Sequence record: NZ_CP143948.1
Source of the DNA: a plasmid
Length of the DNA: 64,000 nt
Direction: 5' to 3' (one strand)
Below are positions 1 to 10,868 of this stretch, in pieces; the first letter of the stretch is position 1, and each line of letters starts with the position of its first letter. A program made the position numbers and the translations under genes. The notes beneath the pieces are model-generated. The model did no database searches, had not been told where the DNA came from, and saw only the letters and a list, made by a program, of their open reading frames with translations.

Positions 1-20
1 TCTACGTATCTATTCAGAAT

Positions 21-824
21 CTACAATTCAAAATAAAACAAATATTGTTGGATAATTCCCGCCACACCCTTGTAGCGCTCAAAATCAAAGCCGTCACTAT
101 AATATTTGTCCAAAAGCTGCTTTACATGCGTATCTATCGGAAACGCATCCACATGATGCAAACCGAAAAGGCATATGCAGTTTGCCACCTTTTTGCCAAT
201 TCCTTTGCGAGTAAGCAGGCTTTCCATCGCCTCATCATAGCTCATTTTGCGCAGATTATCAAGCCAGTCAGGATTATTAGCACCATACTCATATATTTCC
301 TTCAGATACGGTGCCCTGTAGCCAAAGCCCATGCTCCTGTCATCAAATACCTCATCCGGTACCTCAAGAGGCTTGGGAAATGTATACAGTTCTTCCCCCT
401 CTGCACTGCCGTCTATTTTATGTCCGCACCGCCTGCAAAGTAAATCCACACTATTTGTGATTCGCTTTATGTTATTATTCTGGGAAATCATAAAAGTAAC
501 AATCATCTCCCACAAATCCTGCCTTAAAATGCGCACACCACTGCCATATGCATATGCCTCTTTCAGATGCGCGTCATCTCCGTCTGCTATAAGTTTTGCA
601 ATCCCCGCATAATCCGTATCCATATCCAGATAGCTTTTCCATATATTGTTCCAGTCTGCCTCATCACAGTCCAGCTCAAACTCATTCCCATCCTGCTTAA
701 TCCGAAGCGCCCTGTCAAATGCCACTACTGTGTATTCATCTTCTCCTGTATTCTTCCATCTGAAGCACTGACCACTGTCAGCAATCTGTTTTAAATCCAG
801 ATTATCTATTTTCGTCTTGTACAT
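21..824 (-). CDS. 8-oxoguanine DNA glycosylase / N-glycosylase-DNA lyase (HhH-GPD superfamily, OGG-like)
   Basis: 267-aa ORF with a HhH-GPD-like C-terminal half (GIGKKVANCICLFGL...FPIDTHV) and an N-terminal OGG-type domain; family call from motif recall only. Confidence 0.55.
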   Translation of the reverse strand: MYKTKIDNLDLKQIADSGQCFRWKNTGEDEYTVVAFDRALRIKQDGNEFELDCDEADWNNIWKSYLDMDTDYAGIAKLIADGDDAHLKEAYAYGSGVRILRQDLWEMIVTFMISQNNNIKRITNSVDLLCRRCGHKIDGSAEGEELYTFPKPLEVPDEVFDDRSMGFGYRAPYLKEIYEYGANNPDWLDNLRKMSYDEAMESLLTRKGIGKKVANCICLFGLHHVDAFPIDTHVKQLLDKYYSDGFDFERYKGVAGIIQQYLFYFEL

Positions 825-930
825 ATCGTTTGTCTATCCTCTTTTATTGTAGCTATACTCTAAAAAGCCGGTCTTTCTGTGGCTTATTGTACCACGGATA
901 GACCGGTTTGTGTGAAATATATTTAGATTA

Positions 931-1899
931 TTATATCAGCTCAGGAATTTTATATCCTGCTTTGCTCATCGCTTTTTCAAATTCATCGAGCGACATCTCT
1001 GCCTTCTCGGCACCTCTTTTTGCAGAATAGTCTCCCTCCTGTACTGAAAGATAAATTTCAAAAAGACGGCCCTGCTGCATTCCTCTCTGCATGCCCTCCT
1101 GAATGCCGCGTTTTTTATGATCATCCCATGCCTTACACATATTTACCACCTCTTCCTTTTCATCATACTTAATGTCAGTTCCTACAAACAGATTGATAGC
1201 TGCTACTGTCTCAACGTCAACCCTTGTAAAGGTATCGTCATTTGTAATTAAATCATTCAGCTTTTCCTCATCTGACGCATTTTTCAATAGCTCAAACAAT
1301 GGCCTGAGCCCTGTCTCAAACTTGGAAAAGTCTGTAATTTCCAGTGGATTCAGCAAATTAATCCTGTAATCATTGATGAATGGGAGTATTCTTTCATCCA
1401 TCTGTGGCATCATCTCTGCAAGACTTCTTGCCCCATCCCACTGTGTAGTTCCAAGATACAGTGTGATTGTAATCACCGGTGTCAGCTTATCATCAAGTGT
1501 AAAGCCTGACAGAAACTCGTCCGAAGACCTGTAATCCTTATTTTTCCAGTGACGTTTCTTTGCCTCGTTGACCTGCTCTCCATAATTCAATGCATCATAA
1601 ATCATAGTTTTAACAGGCATCGCATAATGAATGTCTGTCTGCGCTTCTGCTCCAATTAAGATAACATACATTTGCCCTGTATGCTTCACGGAAACACTTT
1701 TTAGCAAATCTCTCCATTTCTGCTTAACAATCTGCTTCTTATCAATACCGAAAACTGATAACACCTCTGTGGTGTCACATTCCTTTAAATCCTCCGGTTT
1801 GATAACCTTCTCTCCGTCAAACAATACATAATTACAGATTTCACTAAACCTCGTATTGTCCGACAAATACTCCTTTGCCTTCGAGTCCTTTGTACCCAA
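931..1899 (-). CDS. Rpn-family recombination-promoting nuclease / putative transposase (PD-(D/E)XK, YhgA-like)
   Basis: 322-aa ORF; the N-terminal KDS.AKE.LSD...FSEICNY motif and overall layout match the Rpn/YhgA-like family that is multi-copy in Clostridia. Confidence 0.55.
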   Translation of the reverse strand: MGTKDSKAKEYLSDNTRFSEICNYVLFDGEKVIKPEDLKECDTTEVLSVFGIDKKQIVKQKWRDLLKSVSVKHTGQMYVILIGAEAQTDIHYAMPVKTMIYDALNYGEQVNEAKKRHWKNKDYRSSDEFLSGFTLDDKLTPVITITLYLGTTQWDGARSLAEMMPQMDERILPFINDYRINLLNPLEITDFSKFETGLRPLFELLKNASDEEKLNDLITNDDTFTRVDVETVAAINLFVGTDIKYDEKEEVVNMCKAWDDHKKRGIQEGMQRGMQQGRLFEIYLSVQEGDYSAKRGAEKAEMSLDEFEKAMSKAGYKIPELI

Positions 1900-2435
1900 A
1901 TTAACCTCCTCTTCTTGTGTGAGCAGGAAAATCTGAAGTCGAATAAAAATACTGTATACTTATGCTTTCCACGTATATAATGTGTACAATAATCCCTTAT
2001 ATAAAAGCCGGCAAAATCCCCACACCCCGCTTTTCTCGCAATTTTTTCACATCTGACATTTCAATTTTCCTGCTATTAACTGGTAACATAAAGCATTGAA
2101 AATTTCCATGTCTTTGTCGAAAAATGCGAAGTGGTCTGCCCTCTTCAAAGTGATACGCACCGATAAAAAATATGCTGTGGTGTCGTATTTACAGAAATAT
2201 AATGCTTTGAGTTGATTGTAGCACAGAGAGGACAGTTTGTCATCAAATTTCTCTCTAAAAGACAAGGGTAAAAGACGAGGGTCTAAAATGAATATATGCT
2301 TACTTTTTATTCTCTAATAAAACCCTTATTACACAAAAACCGCGCAAGCCAATCTCCTCCGATGCACTTGCGCGATTTCGTCTGATATACATATACCAAA
2401 ATTATTATTTACATTTGCTACAGCATTTGACTGTT

Positions 2436-2699
2436 TTATGCATTCTCAATCTCTGTCTTATACTTTTCAAGAATCATATTCTGGATATTCTCGCGTGTGG
2501 CAGAGTTAATCGGATGGGCTATATCCCTGTACTCGCCATCGTTTGCCTTGCGGCTTGGCATGGCGATGAAAAGTCCCTTTTCTCCTTCGATTACCTTGAT
2601 GTCATGTACCACGAATTCATCATCGATTGTGATTGACACAACCGCCTTCATCTTGCCCTCTTTTTCTACCTTACGAATTCTGATGTCTGTAATCTGCAT
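2436..2699 (-). CDS. spoVG: Septation protein SpoVG
   Basis: 87 aa beginning [39 protein letters not shown], the characteristic SpoVG sequence. Confidence 0.9.
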   Translation of the reverse strand: MQITDIRIRKVEKEGKMKAVVSITIDDEFVVHDIKVIEGEKGLFIAMPSRKANDGEYRDIAHPINSATRENIQNMILEKYKTEIENA

Positions 2700-2722
2700 A
2701 TTTTTGTCCCCCTGGTCTGTTT

Positions 2723-3841
2723 TTAAATTACATATCTTACATTTTTTTCTTTTACTATCATGACTCCATCCTCACCACAATAGCAGGTGTTTGGATTGAT
2801 GGTTCCACGGCTCTCTACGATGCAATTTTCGAGGTGCACATTGTCGCCTATGTAGACGTCATTGAGTATCACGCAGTTCTTCACTGTGGTGTTTTTGCCC
2901 ACAAATACCTGCTTGAAAAGCACCGAATCCTCCACACTGCCGTTTATGATACAGCCACTTGATACGAGGCTGTTTGAAATGTCTGAGCCCGGATTAAACT
3001 TGGCCGGTGGCAGGTCGTCCACCTTTGAGCAGATGGTCGGCTCCTCCCTGAAGAAATAGCTTCTGACGTCAGGTCTTAAGAAATCCATATTGGTCTTGAA
3101 GTATGCATCAATATCGGCGATATTGTTCCAGTATGAATTTATCTTGTAGCCATATATTTTCTTTACATTTTTGTAGCGCACGAGGATATCATTTACGAAA
3201 TCGAATCTGTTTTCCTCAGCTGCCGCCTCCAAAAGCTCTATGAGCTGTCGTCTCCTGATGACATAGATACCTGTGGAAATGGTATTGGATGAGGCCTCGA
3301 TTGGCTTTTCATCAAACTCTGTGATTCTTGACTCATCATCCATGCGTACCACACCAAAACGGCTGACATCGTCGTTGTACATCATGTCCTTGCATACCAC
3401 TGTAATGTCTGATTTTTTCTCGATGTGAAAATCAAGCACTCTGTTGAAATCCAGCTTGTATACACAGTCACCGCTGCTGATGATGACATATGGCTCATGG
3501 CGTCTCTTGAGAAAATCAATGTTCTGATACATCGCATCTGCCGTGCCCCTGTACCAGTCACTGTTGTCCGCTGTGACTGTAGGTGTAAAGAGGAATAAGC
3601 CCCCCTGCTTTCTGCCAAAATTCCACCATTTTGATGAGCTTAAATGCTCATTCAGTGAGCGTGCATTGTACTGGGTCAGTACTGCGACAGTCTGTATATG
3701 TGAGTTTGACATGCTGCTGAGCGCAAAATCTATGCTTCTGAAGCTGCCTGCTACCGGCAGGGCCGGTACTGCTCGTTTTGCTGTCAGTTCCTTCATCCTA
3801 TTATTGTTGCCGCCGGCCAAAATTATTCCTATTGCCTTCAT
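2723..3841 (-). CDS. glgD: Glucose-1-phosphate adenylyltransferase subunit GlgD
   Basis: 372 aa; degenerate nucleotidyltransferase N-terminus ([16 protein letters not shown]) plus left-handed beta-helix C-terminus; 4-nt overlap with glgC upstream on the same strand. Confidence 0.8.
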   Translation of the reverse strand: MKAIGIILAGGNNNRMKELTAKRAVPALPVAGSFRSIDFALSSMSNSHIQTVAVLTQYNARSLNEHLSSSKWWNFGRKQGGLFLFTPTVTADNSDWYRGTADAMYQNIDFLKRRHEPYVIISSGDCVYKLDFNRVLDFHIEKKSDITVVCKDMMYNDDVSRFGVVRMDDESRITEFDEKPIEASSNTISTGIYVIRRRQLIELLEAAAEENRFDFVNDILVRYKNVKKIYGYKINSYWNNIADIDAYFKTNMDFLRPDVRSYFFREEPTICSKVDDLPPAKFNPGSDISNSLVSSGCIINGSVEDSVLFKQVFVGKNTTVKNCVILNDVYIGDNVHLENCIVESRGTINPNTCYCGEDGVMIVKEKNVRYVI

Positions 3842-5112
3842 TTTCCGTCACCTGCCTTGATAATAACTTCTCCGCCCTCAAGCACACCGTCTTTGTAATC
3901 CTCTTCGTATGTAACACCGGAGATTGCTGTATTTTTGCCTATCTTTACCCCGTCCGGTATCACAGAATCTTCTCCTATAGTGACCAGCCCAAATGAGTAT
4001 ATGCTCTCATTTAATACGTTCGGCTTCTCCTGTCCGAAGCCAAGTGTCACATTGTCGCCCACCTTGCAATTTTCGGCAATGATGGACTTGTCTATCGTGA
4101 CATTGGAGCCTATCTCCGTGTCACACATGATAATGGAATCACGTATTACTGCGCCTCTTCCAATCTTGACGTTGGCACCTATAACAGAATGCTCCACATG
4201 ACCATAGCATTCACAGCCCTCACCCATGATGCTTCGCTCCACATGACCTCCTTTGGCTATATAAAGTGGCTCGATTGCATCATTCTTTGTGTAAATCTTC
4301 CAATACTCCTCGTACAGATTGAACTCCGGAATGAGGTCCACAAGCTCCATATTGGCCTCCCAGTATGAGCCCAGTGTACCTACATCCTTCCAGTATCCGT
4401 TGAACTCGTATGCAAACATACGTCTGTCGTTTTCAAAGCAGTATGGTATGACATGCTTGCCAAAATCACAGTTTTCCTGATCCTTTAGTGCAAGTAATGC
4501 TTCCTTTAGCACCGGCCATGAGAATATGTAAATGCCCATTGATGCGAGATTGCTGCGCGGATGAACCGGCTTTTCCTCAAATGCATTGATGCGCTTATCA
4601 TCATCGGCTATGACGATACCAAATCGGCTGGCCTCCTCGATAGGCACCGGCATGGTTGCTATGGTCACATCTGCATTGTTTTCCTTGTGGAAATCAAGCA
4701 TCACCTCATAGTCCATCTTGTAAATATGGTCTCCTGACAGTATCAACACATAGTCCGGGTTGTAACTGTCTATATACCTCATATTCTGGTAGATTGCATT
4801 GGCTGTACCTGTGTACCACTCGCTGTTGCCGCTCTTCTCATAAGGAGGCAGTATTGCCACTCCTCCATTATTCCTGTCGAGGTCCCACGGAATACCTATT
4901 CCGATATGGCTGTTAAGTCTGAGTGGCTGATACTGTGTAAGTACACCCACTGTATCAATGCCTGAATTGATGCAGTTGCTAAGCGGAAAATCTATGATTC
5001 TGTACTTTCCACCAAACGAAACTGCCGGTTTTGCTACGTTCGCTGTCAGAACACCAAGTCTGCTGCCTTGACCGCCTGCTAAAAGCATGGCTATCATTTC
5101 TTTCTTAATCAC
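3838..5112 (-). CDS. glgC: Glucose-1-phosphate adenylyltransferase GlgC
   Basis: [18 protein letters not shown]...PAVSFGG motifs. The track ORF runs to 5358, but the start is more likely GTG at 5112 ([10 protein letters not shown]), which is preceded by GAGGAGTG; the 82-codon upstream extension is hydrophobic and non-homologous. Confidence 0.85.
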   Translation of the reverse strand: MIKKEMIAMLLAGGQGSRLGVLTANVAKPAVSFGGKYRIIDFPLSNCINSGIDTVGVLTQYQPLRLNSHIGIGIPWDLDRNNGGVAILPPYEKSGNSEWYTGTANAIYQNMRYIDSYNPDYVLILSGDHIYKMDYEVMLDFHKENNADVTIATMPVPIEEASRFGIVIADDDKRINAFEEKPVHPRSNLASMGIYIFSWPVLKEALLALKDQENCDFGKHVIPYCFENDRRMFAYEFNGYWKDVGTLGSYWEANMELVDLIPEFNLYEEYWKIYTKNDAIEPLYIAKGGHVERSIMGEGCECYGHVEHSVIGANVKIGRGAVIRDSIIMCDTEIGSNVTIDKSIIAENCKVGDNVTLGFGQEKPNVLNESIYSFGLVTIGEDSVIPDGVKIGKNTAISGVTYEEDYKDGVLEGGEVIIKAGDGK

Positions 5113-5482
5113 GTTATCACTCCTCGTCTGTCCTAATTTTTGTTGTGCCATCCGGTCCCAACCACTTGTTTCTGTAATAACCGTATCTGTAATGCTTCTA
5201 TAATAAATCACAATTGTTTCCATATAAATTATAGTTGCTGCTGCATAAATTGCAGTTACTGCTATATACTTTAACCCCATCAAATTCATATGGTCCGGAT
5301 GAATTATTTTTATAAAAAAATTATACCACAGCCGCATTACCACTTCAACATTTTTCACAAAATCAAATAATATTTTTCTTTTTTTTCGACATTTTGCACA
5401 AGTGCCATTTATCGTATATCTGTTTAACCTGCTATGGTTCTTATCATTTGAAAGTCATGCCTGCTTTCACCTTATTTTTCCT

Positions 5483-5510
5483 TTGCAAATACTATATTTA
5501 GTTGTATAAT
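5483..5510 (+). promoter_or_regulatory. Sigma-A-type promoter for murC (TTGCAA-N16-TATAAT)
   Basis: TTGCAA at 5483-5488 and TATAAT at 5505-5510, about 130 nt upstream of the murC ATG. Confidence 0.45.
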
Positions 5511-5639
5511 TAATATAAAGTAACTATTCAGAACAAGAAAATCTGTTGCTTACATGCAATCATGACGCATCGGCTTTTTGTTCTCAGCGATTCTTAATAG
5601 TTACAATATAAATTATAATAAATCAGGCAGGTAAAATTA

Positions 5640-7019
5640 ATGTATAAAATAGATTTCAGCAAACCAATACACATCCATTTCATAGGCATCGGCGGTATCA
5701 GCATGAGCGGTCTCGCAGAGATTCTGCATGAGGAGGGCTTTACAATTTCCGGCTCCGATTCAAAGGAATCAGACCTCACAAAAACTCTTGCTGCCAAGGG
5801 CATAAAAGTCATATATGGCCAGAGCGCAGACAATATCACATCCGGTATCGACCTGGTAGTTTACACTGCTGCTATCCACGAAAGCAATCCTGAGTTTGCC
5901 GCAGCAAAAGCAGCCGGTATTCCAATGCTTACCAGAGCCGAGCTTCTCGGACAGATTATGGACAATTACGATTATTCTATCGCTGTAGCCGGCACACACG
6001 GCAAGACTACCACCACATCCATGATCAGCGAGATTCTTCTCGCCGCCCAGACAGATCCTACCATTTCCGTAGGTGGTATTTTGTCATCTATCCACGGCAA
6101 TCTGCGTGTGGGCGATTCAGAGTACTTCATCTCTGAGGCGTGTGAGTACACAAACAGCTTTTTGAATTTCAGACCACGCTACAGCATTATTTTAAATATT
6201 GAGGCTGAGCATCTGGATTTCTTCAAGGATATCAACGACATCAGACATTCCTTCCGCGAGTATGCATCAAACACTCTCGCAGGCGGTGCTACCATCATCA
6301 ATGGTGAGATTGACAGCTATGAGGAGATTGTCGCAGGACTTCCTCAGAAGATTATCACCTATGGCTTTGATTCAAAATATGATTTCTATCCGGAAAATAT
6401 AACCTATGACGATAAAGCTTGTGCATCTTTTACAGCTATGAGACAGGGTAGTCCACTTTTCGACGTAAAACTCTCTGTTCCGGGCGCTCACAATGTAAGC
6501 AATGCGCTCGCTGCCATAGCTTTATCCACCACACTCGGTCTTGATGAAGAGTCTATCCTCACAGGCCTTGACAAATTTGGAGGTGCTGACAGACGTTTCC
6601 AGTACAAGGGCAAGGTAAACGGCGTCACAATCATTGATGACTACGCTCACCATCCAACCGAGATCCGCGCAACACTGACAGCTGCACAAAAATATCCACA
6701 TGACAGGCTTGTCCTTTGCTTCCAGCCACACACCTATTCCAGAACCAAGGCATTCTTAAATGATTTTGCCGATGTTCTTTCAATGGCAGATGTTGTGGTG
6801 CTTGCTGATATCTATGCTGCGCGTGAGCAGAACACATATGGTATCTCATCTAAGGATATCCTGGATTTATTGCTCGAAAAAGGTGTGAATGCGCACTATT
6901 TCCCATCATTTGAGGAAATCGAGAAATTTTTATCAGAAAATTGTGTAAACGGTGACCTGTTGATAACAATGGGTGCCGGAAATGTAGTAGAAATCGGCGA
7001 AGACCTGCTTAAGAAATAA
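5640..7019 (+). CDS. murC: UDP-N-acetylmuramate--L-alanine ligase
   Basis: 459 aa; HFIGIGGISMSGLAEIL N-terminus and GTHGKTTTTSMI P-loop, a typical MurC Mur-ligase architecture. Confidence 0.9.
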   Translation: MYKIDFSKPIHIHFIGIGGISMSGLAEILHEEGFTISGSDSKESDLTKTLAAKGIKVIYGQSADNITSGIDLVVYTAAIHESNPEFAAAKAAGIPMLTRAELLGQIMDNYDYSIAVAGTHGKTTTTSMISEILLAAQTDPTISVGGILSSIHGNLRVGDSEYFISEACEYTNSFLNFRPRYSIILNIEAEHLDFFKDINDIRHSFREYASNTLAGGATIINGEIDSYEEIVAGLPQKIITYGFDSKYDFYPENITYDDKACASFTAMRQGSPLFDVKLSVPGAHNVSNALAAIALSTTLGLDEESILTGLDKFGGADRRFQYKGKVNGVTIIDDYAHHPTEIRATLTAAQKYPHDRLVLCFQPHTYSRTKAFLNDFADVLSMADVVVLADIYAAREQNTYGISSKDILDLLLEKGVNAHYFPSFEEIEKFLSENCVNGDLLITMGAGNVVEIGEDLLKK

Positions 7020-7020
7020 G

Positions 7021-7158
7021 TTATCCACGTTATCCACATACAAAATGTTAACAACTCTCATTTTGTGTGTGGATTTTTTAAATAATTTTCAACAGCTTAT
7101 ATACCCTGTGATACATTGATTTCTCAATTATTTTACACAGTTATCCACGTTATCCACA
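7021..7158 (+). promoter_or_regulatory. Two pairs of tandem DnaA boxes (TTATCCACG-TTATCCACA) 120 bp apart
   Basis: Exact TTATCCAC(G/A) nonamers at 7021-7029, 7030-7038, 7141-7149 and 7150-7158, plus a weaker inverted TGTGGATTT near 7067. Confidence 0.6.
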
Positions 7159-7276
7159 TTTTTTTGTGGACTCGGAAAGCCCGAGTTTACAAGGCTTGTA
7201 GCACTTTTACCATCTTCACACGGTTAAAATATTGTGCTATAATTGCTCACAGGTTAAGCGAAAGAGAGTTTTTTAT

Positions 7277-8518
7277 ATGACAGCGATAAACATTAGCAGT
7301 GACATAGCAACATCATTCACTACTGTGTCAGATATTTTTATAGATCAATACATGCCAAAGGCAAACGGTGAGTTTGTCAAGGTATACCTTTATCTGCTCC
7401 GTGCGACAGGCTCCGGGGCAGGCATAGCAACTATTTCAGAGATTGCCGATCATTTCAGCAATACTGAAGCCGACATCATACGTGCCCTCAATTACTGGGC
7501 CTCTGAGGGCATTTTGCAGGTGCAAACCGGCGCTGATGGTCAGATTATTGGAATCAACCTCTGCAGTCTTTCTGTATCCGGTATGCAGGCTGCTCAGAGT
7601 AATATACAAAGCGCTGTGGCTGATAATGCCGCGCAGAATAATTTGCAAAACAGCGTAGTTAATAATGCTGCACAGAATATTTTGCAAAACAGCGTGGTTA
7701 ATAATGCTGCACAGAATATTTCTACCGTGAATACTCGGATGCATGATTCTGTTGTGGAAAAGCTTAAGAGCCAGACTCCTGACAAAGCTGCTTCTTCACA
7801 GAAGGAATACACACTTGATGAGATTAAGGAGTTTACAAAGAATCCTGACATTTCAGAGCTTTTCTTTATTATAGAGACATATCTGAAGCATACGCTCTCA
7901 TCCACAGACACCAATATGGTGCTCTACTGGCTGGACGAGCTTCATTTTTCTACCGACCTGGTAGAATATCTCGTAGAGTACTGCATTACCAAAGGACATT
8001 CAAGCCTTCGTTACATGAACAAGGTCGCTCTCGGCTGGGCCGATGCCGGCATAAAGACCGTAGACCAGGCAAAGGACGATGCAGCCGCTCACTCACAGAT
8101 TTACTATTCTGTAATGAAGGCTCTAGGCATCACAGGCCGCAATCTGGTTGACTCTGAGGTGTCACTAATAAACAAATGGGTCGGCGAATACGGTTTCGAT
8201 ATAGAGCTTGTAAAGGCCGCCTGCAGTAAAACCATTTCAGCTATCCAGAAGCCAAGCTTCGAGTACACAGACTCGATACTCGCGAACTGGAGGAAAAAGG
8301 ATGTACATACATTAAAGGATGTTGAAGTGCTTGATGCCAACTTTGCCAAGGCCAATAAAGCCTCTGCTACCGGCTCATCACAGAGTACAAATGCTGCAAA
8401 CGGTTCCTCAAAACCCAAAAGCAATAATTCAAGTTCCAAGAATAAATTTAACAACTTCAATCAGCGAAACAATGATTACGACAAGCTGGAGAAGCTGTTT
8501 CTGAATTCTACGGTATGA
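7277..8518 (+). CDS. DnaD-domain replication initiation / membrane attachment protein (B. subtilis DnaB/DnaD-like)
   Basis: N-terminal winged-helix-like region and C-terminal DnaD-like repeats (LVEYLVEYCITKG...). The start is probably ATG 7277 (MTAINISS) rather than the track start at 7232. Contains an in-frame 48-nt tandem repeat in the linker. Confidence 0.65.
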   Translation: MTAINISSDIATSFTTVSDIFIDQYMPKANGEFVKVYLYLLRATGSGAGIATISEIADHFSNTEADIIRALNYWASEGILQVQTGADGQIIGINLCSLSVSGMQAAQSNIQSAVADNAAQNNLQNSVVNNAAQNILQNSVVNNAAQNISTVNTRMHDSVVEKLKSQTPDKAASSQKEYTLDEIKEFTKNPDISELFFIIETYLKHTLSSTDTNMVLYWLDELHFSTDLVEYLVEYCITKGHSSLRYMNKVALGWADAGIKTVDQAKDDAAAHSQIYYSVMKALGITGRNLVDSEVSLINKWVGEYGFDIELVKAACSKTISAIQKPSFEYTDSILANWRKKDVHTLKDVEVLDANFAKANKASATGSSQSTNAANGSSKPKSNNSSSKNKFNNFNQRNNDYDKLEKLFLNSTV

Positions 8519-8555
8519 TTTTTCAAGTTAGATTTACACATCCCAAGGAGGATAT

Positions 8556-9539
8556 ATGGCACTTACCAATGCTCAATATGATGAGATAATGCGAGGCTAC
8601 GATAAACGCCAGCTTCAGAACAAATACATACATGACAAGCGTATTGAGGAAGCCTATCGCAAGGCGCCCCGCCTCAGGGAGATTGACTCAGAGATTGCAT
8701 CCGCATCTGTCAGGCAGGCGTACAGGCTCATGGATGGTGATGAGAATGCTCTCGCCGCTTTACGCCTTGCAATCGAGGACTATAAGGAGGAGCGTGCTGC
8801 ACTGCTATCCACACTCGGATATCCGCTTGATTATTTTGAGCCTATTTACACCTGTCCGGATTGCCATGATACCGGGTATATAGATGGTCAGAAATGTCAT
8901 TGCTTCAAGCAGGCTATTATCAATACCGTTTATTCGCAGTCCAATATCAGGGAGATTTTATCAAGAGAGAATTTTTCCACGCTCTCATTCGATTATTACT
9001 CAGATGAGCAGAAAAATCCTGCGACAGGGCTGTCTGCTCTTGCCACAGCAAAGCTTGCAGTGACGAACTGTCATGAATTTATAGACAATTTTGAAAACAA
9101 ACCTAAAAACATATTTTTCTACGGTAATACCGGTGTCGGAAAGACTTTTTTATCTAATTGCATTGCAAAAGAGCTTTTAGATGCAGGTTACTCCGTAATT
9201 TACTTTACAGCATTCCAATTATTTGATATATTAAGCAAAGGTGTGTTTGAAAAGGATGCAGATGCCATCGCAGCGCACCAGAATATATTCGACTGTGATT
9301 TACTTATCATAGACGATCTCGGAACCGAGCTTTCCAACTCATTTACCACATCACAGCTTTTCCTTTGTGTAAATGAGCGCATACTGCGACAGAAATCTAC
9401 TATTATTTCCACTAATCTGAATCTGGAGCAGATAGCAGATATTTACTCCGAGAGAACACTTTCAAGAATTTCAAGCAATTATAGTTTTATCAAGCTCTTT
9501 GGAGATGACATACGAATTAAAAAGCGTCTTTCCAAATAG
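8556..9539 (+). CDS. dnaI: DnaI/DnaC-like helicase loader ATPase (IstB-like AAA+)
   Basis: Zinc-binding CPDCHDTGY..CHC motif, Walker A GNTGVGKTFL and Walker B LLIIDDLG; paired with the upstream DnaD-domain gene as in the B. subtilis dnaB-dnaI operon. Confidence 0.75.
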   Translation: MALTNAQYDEIMRGYDKRQLQNKYIHDKRIEEAYRKAPRLREIDSEIASASVRQAYRLMDGDENALAALRLAIEDYKEERAALLSTLGYPLDYFEPIYTCPDCHDTGYIDGQKCHCFKQAIINTVYSQSNIREILSRENFSTLSFDYYSDEQKNPATGLSALATAKLAVTNCHEFIDNFENKPKNIFFYGNTGVGKTFLSNCIAKELLDAGYSVIYFTAFQLFDILSKGVFEKDADAIAAHQNIFDCDLLIIDDLGTELSNSFTTSQLFLCVNERILRQKSTIISTNLNLEQIADIYSERTLSRISSNYSFIKLFGDDIRIKKRLSK

Positions 9540-9596
9540 CGCTTTTTATATTATATATTTAGTTTATTTATTATATGGTTATATGGAGGAATAACA

Positions 9597-10790
9597 ATGC
9601 CAAACGATGAGAGAATTTTGGAGACTATGCCAACCGGTACACTTGGACTTGTTGCAACCGACAGTTGTATAGGTCTTGCCCAGAAGGTAGATGCATACTT
9701 ACAGGGCTGGAGAGAGCACAGAGAGCACCAGCATGCTAACGAGAGTGCTTTCAAGGACTACTACAAAAACAGCTATATTATCAAGCCTTCTACACCTAGA
9801 TTCGGTTCCGGCGAGGCTAAATGTGTTATCAACCAGTCAGTTCGTGGTTATGATCTGTACATCATGGTAGATGTAACAAACTACAGTCTTACCTACACAG
9901 TATGCGGTCAGACAAACCACATGTCACCTGATGACCACTACGCAGACTTAAAGCGTGTTATCGCTGCAGCCGGCGGAAAAGCAAGAAGAATCACAGTTAT
10001 CATGCCTTTCCTTTATGAGAGCCGTCAGCACAGACGTACAGGCCGTGAGTCTCTTGACTGTCCATTGGCTCTTCAGGAGCTTATCAACATGGGTGTAGAC
10101 AATATCATCACCTTCGATGCTCATGACCCTCGTGTGGTAAATGCTATTCCTCTGAACGGCTTTGAGAATGTAATGCCTTCTTACCAGTTCATCAAGGGTA
10201 TCTTAAAGAACGTAAAGGATATCACTATTGATGCTGACCATCTTATGATTATCTCTCCTGATGAGGGCGCTACAAACCGTGCTATCTACCTTGCAAACGT
10301 ACTCGGAGTAGACATGGGTATGTTCTACAAACGTCGTGATTACAGCCGTATCGTTGACGGACGTAACCCTATCGTAGCTCATGAGTTCCTCGGAACAAAT
10401 GTGGAGGGTAAGGATGTTCTTATCATCGATGATATGATTTCTTCCGGCGAGAGTATGATAGATACAGCAAGAGAGCTCAAGAAGCGTAAAGCTAACAGAA
10501 TCTTTGTTGTTTCTACATTCGGTCTCTTTACAAACGGCTTTGCTTCATTTGACAAGGCTTACGAGGAGGGTCTCATCTACAGAGTAGTTACAACAAACCT
10601 TATCTACCAGTCACCAGAGCTTCTCTCTAAGGAGTACTATATCAGCTGTGACATGAGCAAATACATCGCATACCTCATTGATACATTAAACCACGACTGT
10701 TCTATCAGTGATCTTCTCTCACCATATGACAGAATCAAGAAGTGTGTTCAGAAGTACAATGACGAGCAGGCTGCAGCAAAAAATAAATAA
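9597..10790 (+). CDS. prs: Ribose-phosphate pyrophosphokinase family protein (long class II-like form)
   Basis: PRPP-binding loop DVLIIDDMISSGESM and DAHD / ISPDEGA motifs; 397 aa. Confidence 0.75.
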   Translation: MPNDERILETMPTGTLGLVATDSCIGLAQKVDAYLQGWREHREHQHANESAFKDYYKNSYIIKPSTPRFGSGEAKCVINQSVRGYDLYIMVDVTNYSLTYTVCGQTNHMSPDDHYADLKRVIAAAGGKARRITVIMPFLYESRQHRRTGRESLDCPLALQELINMGVDNIITFDAHDPRVVNAIPLNGFENVMPSYQFIKGILKNVKDITIDADHLMIISPDEGATNRAIYLANVLGVDMGMFYKRRDYSRIVDGRNPIVAHEFLGTNVEGKDVLIIDDMISSGESMIDTARELKKRKANRIFVVSTFGLFTNGFASFDKAYEEGLIYRVVTTNLIYQSPELLSKEYYISCDMSKYIAYLIDTLNHDCSISDLLSPYDRIKKCVQKYNDEQAAAKNK

Positions 10791-10828
10791 TTAAGCGCAT
10801 TTATAAAAAGCCGTGTGAAATTAATATG

Positions 10829-10868
10829 TACCCCTTTTACTGGATATCCAGTGAAAGGGGTATTTTTA
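10829..10868 (+). terminator. Rho-independent terminator after prs
   Basis: ACCCCTTTT...GAAAGGGGT hairpin at 10830-10861 followed by ATTTTTAT. Confidence 0.6.

Noticed and set aside
2047-2265. 72-aa ORF downstream of spoVG
   Set aside because: No RBS, an AT-rich intergenic context, and no recognisable motif. It is more likely non-coding.
5113-5358. N-terminal 82-codon extension of the glgC ORF (track ORF 3838..5358) including a hydrophobic TM-like stretch
   Set aside because: No homology to GlgC N-termini, and a good RBS (GAGGAGTG) sits in front of the internal GTG at 5112, which yields the canonical [14 protein letters not shown] start. The extension is simply an open frame in AT-rich upstream DNA.
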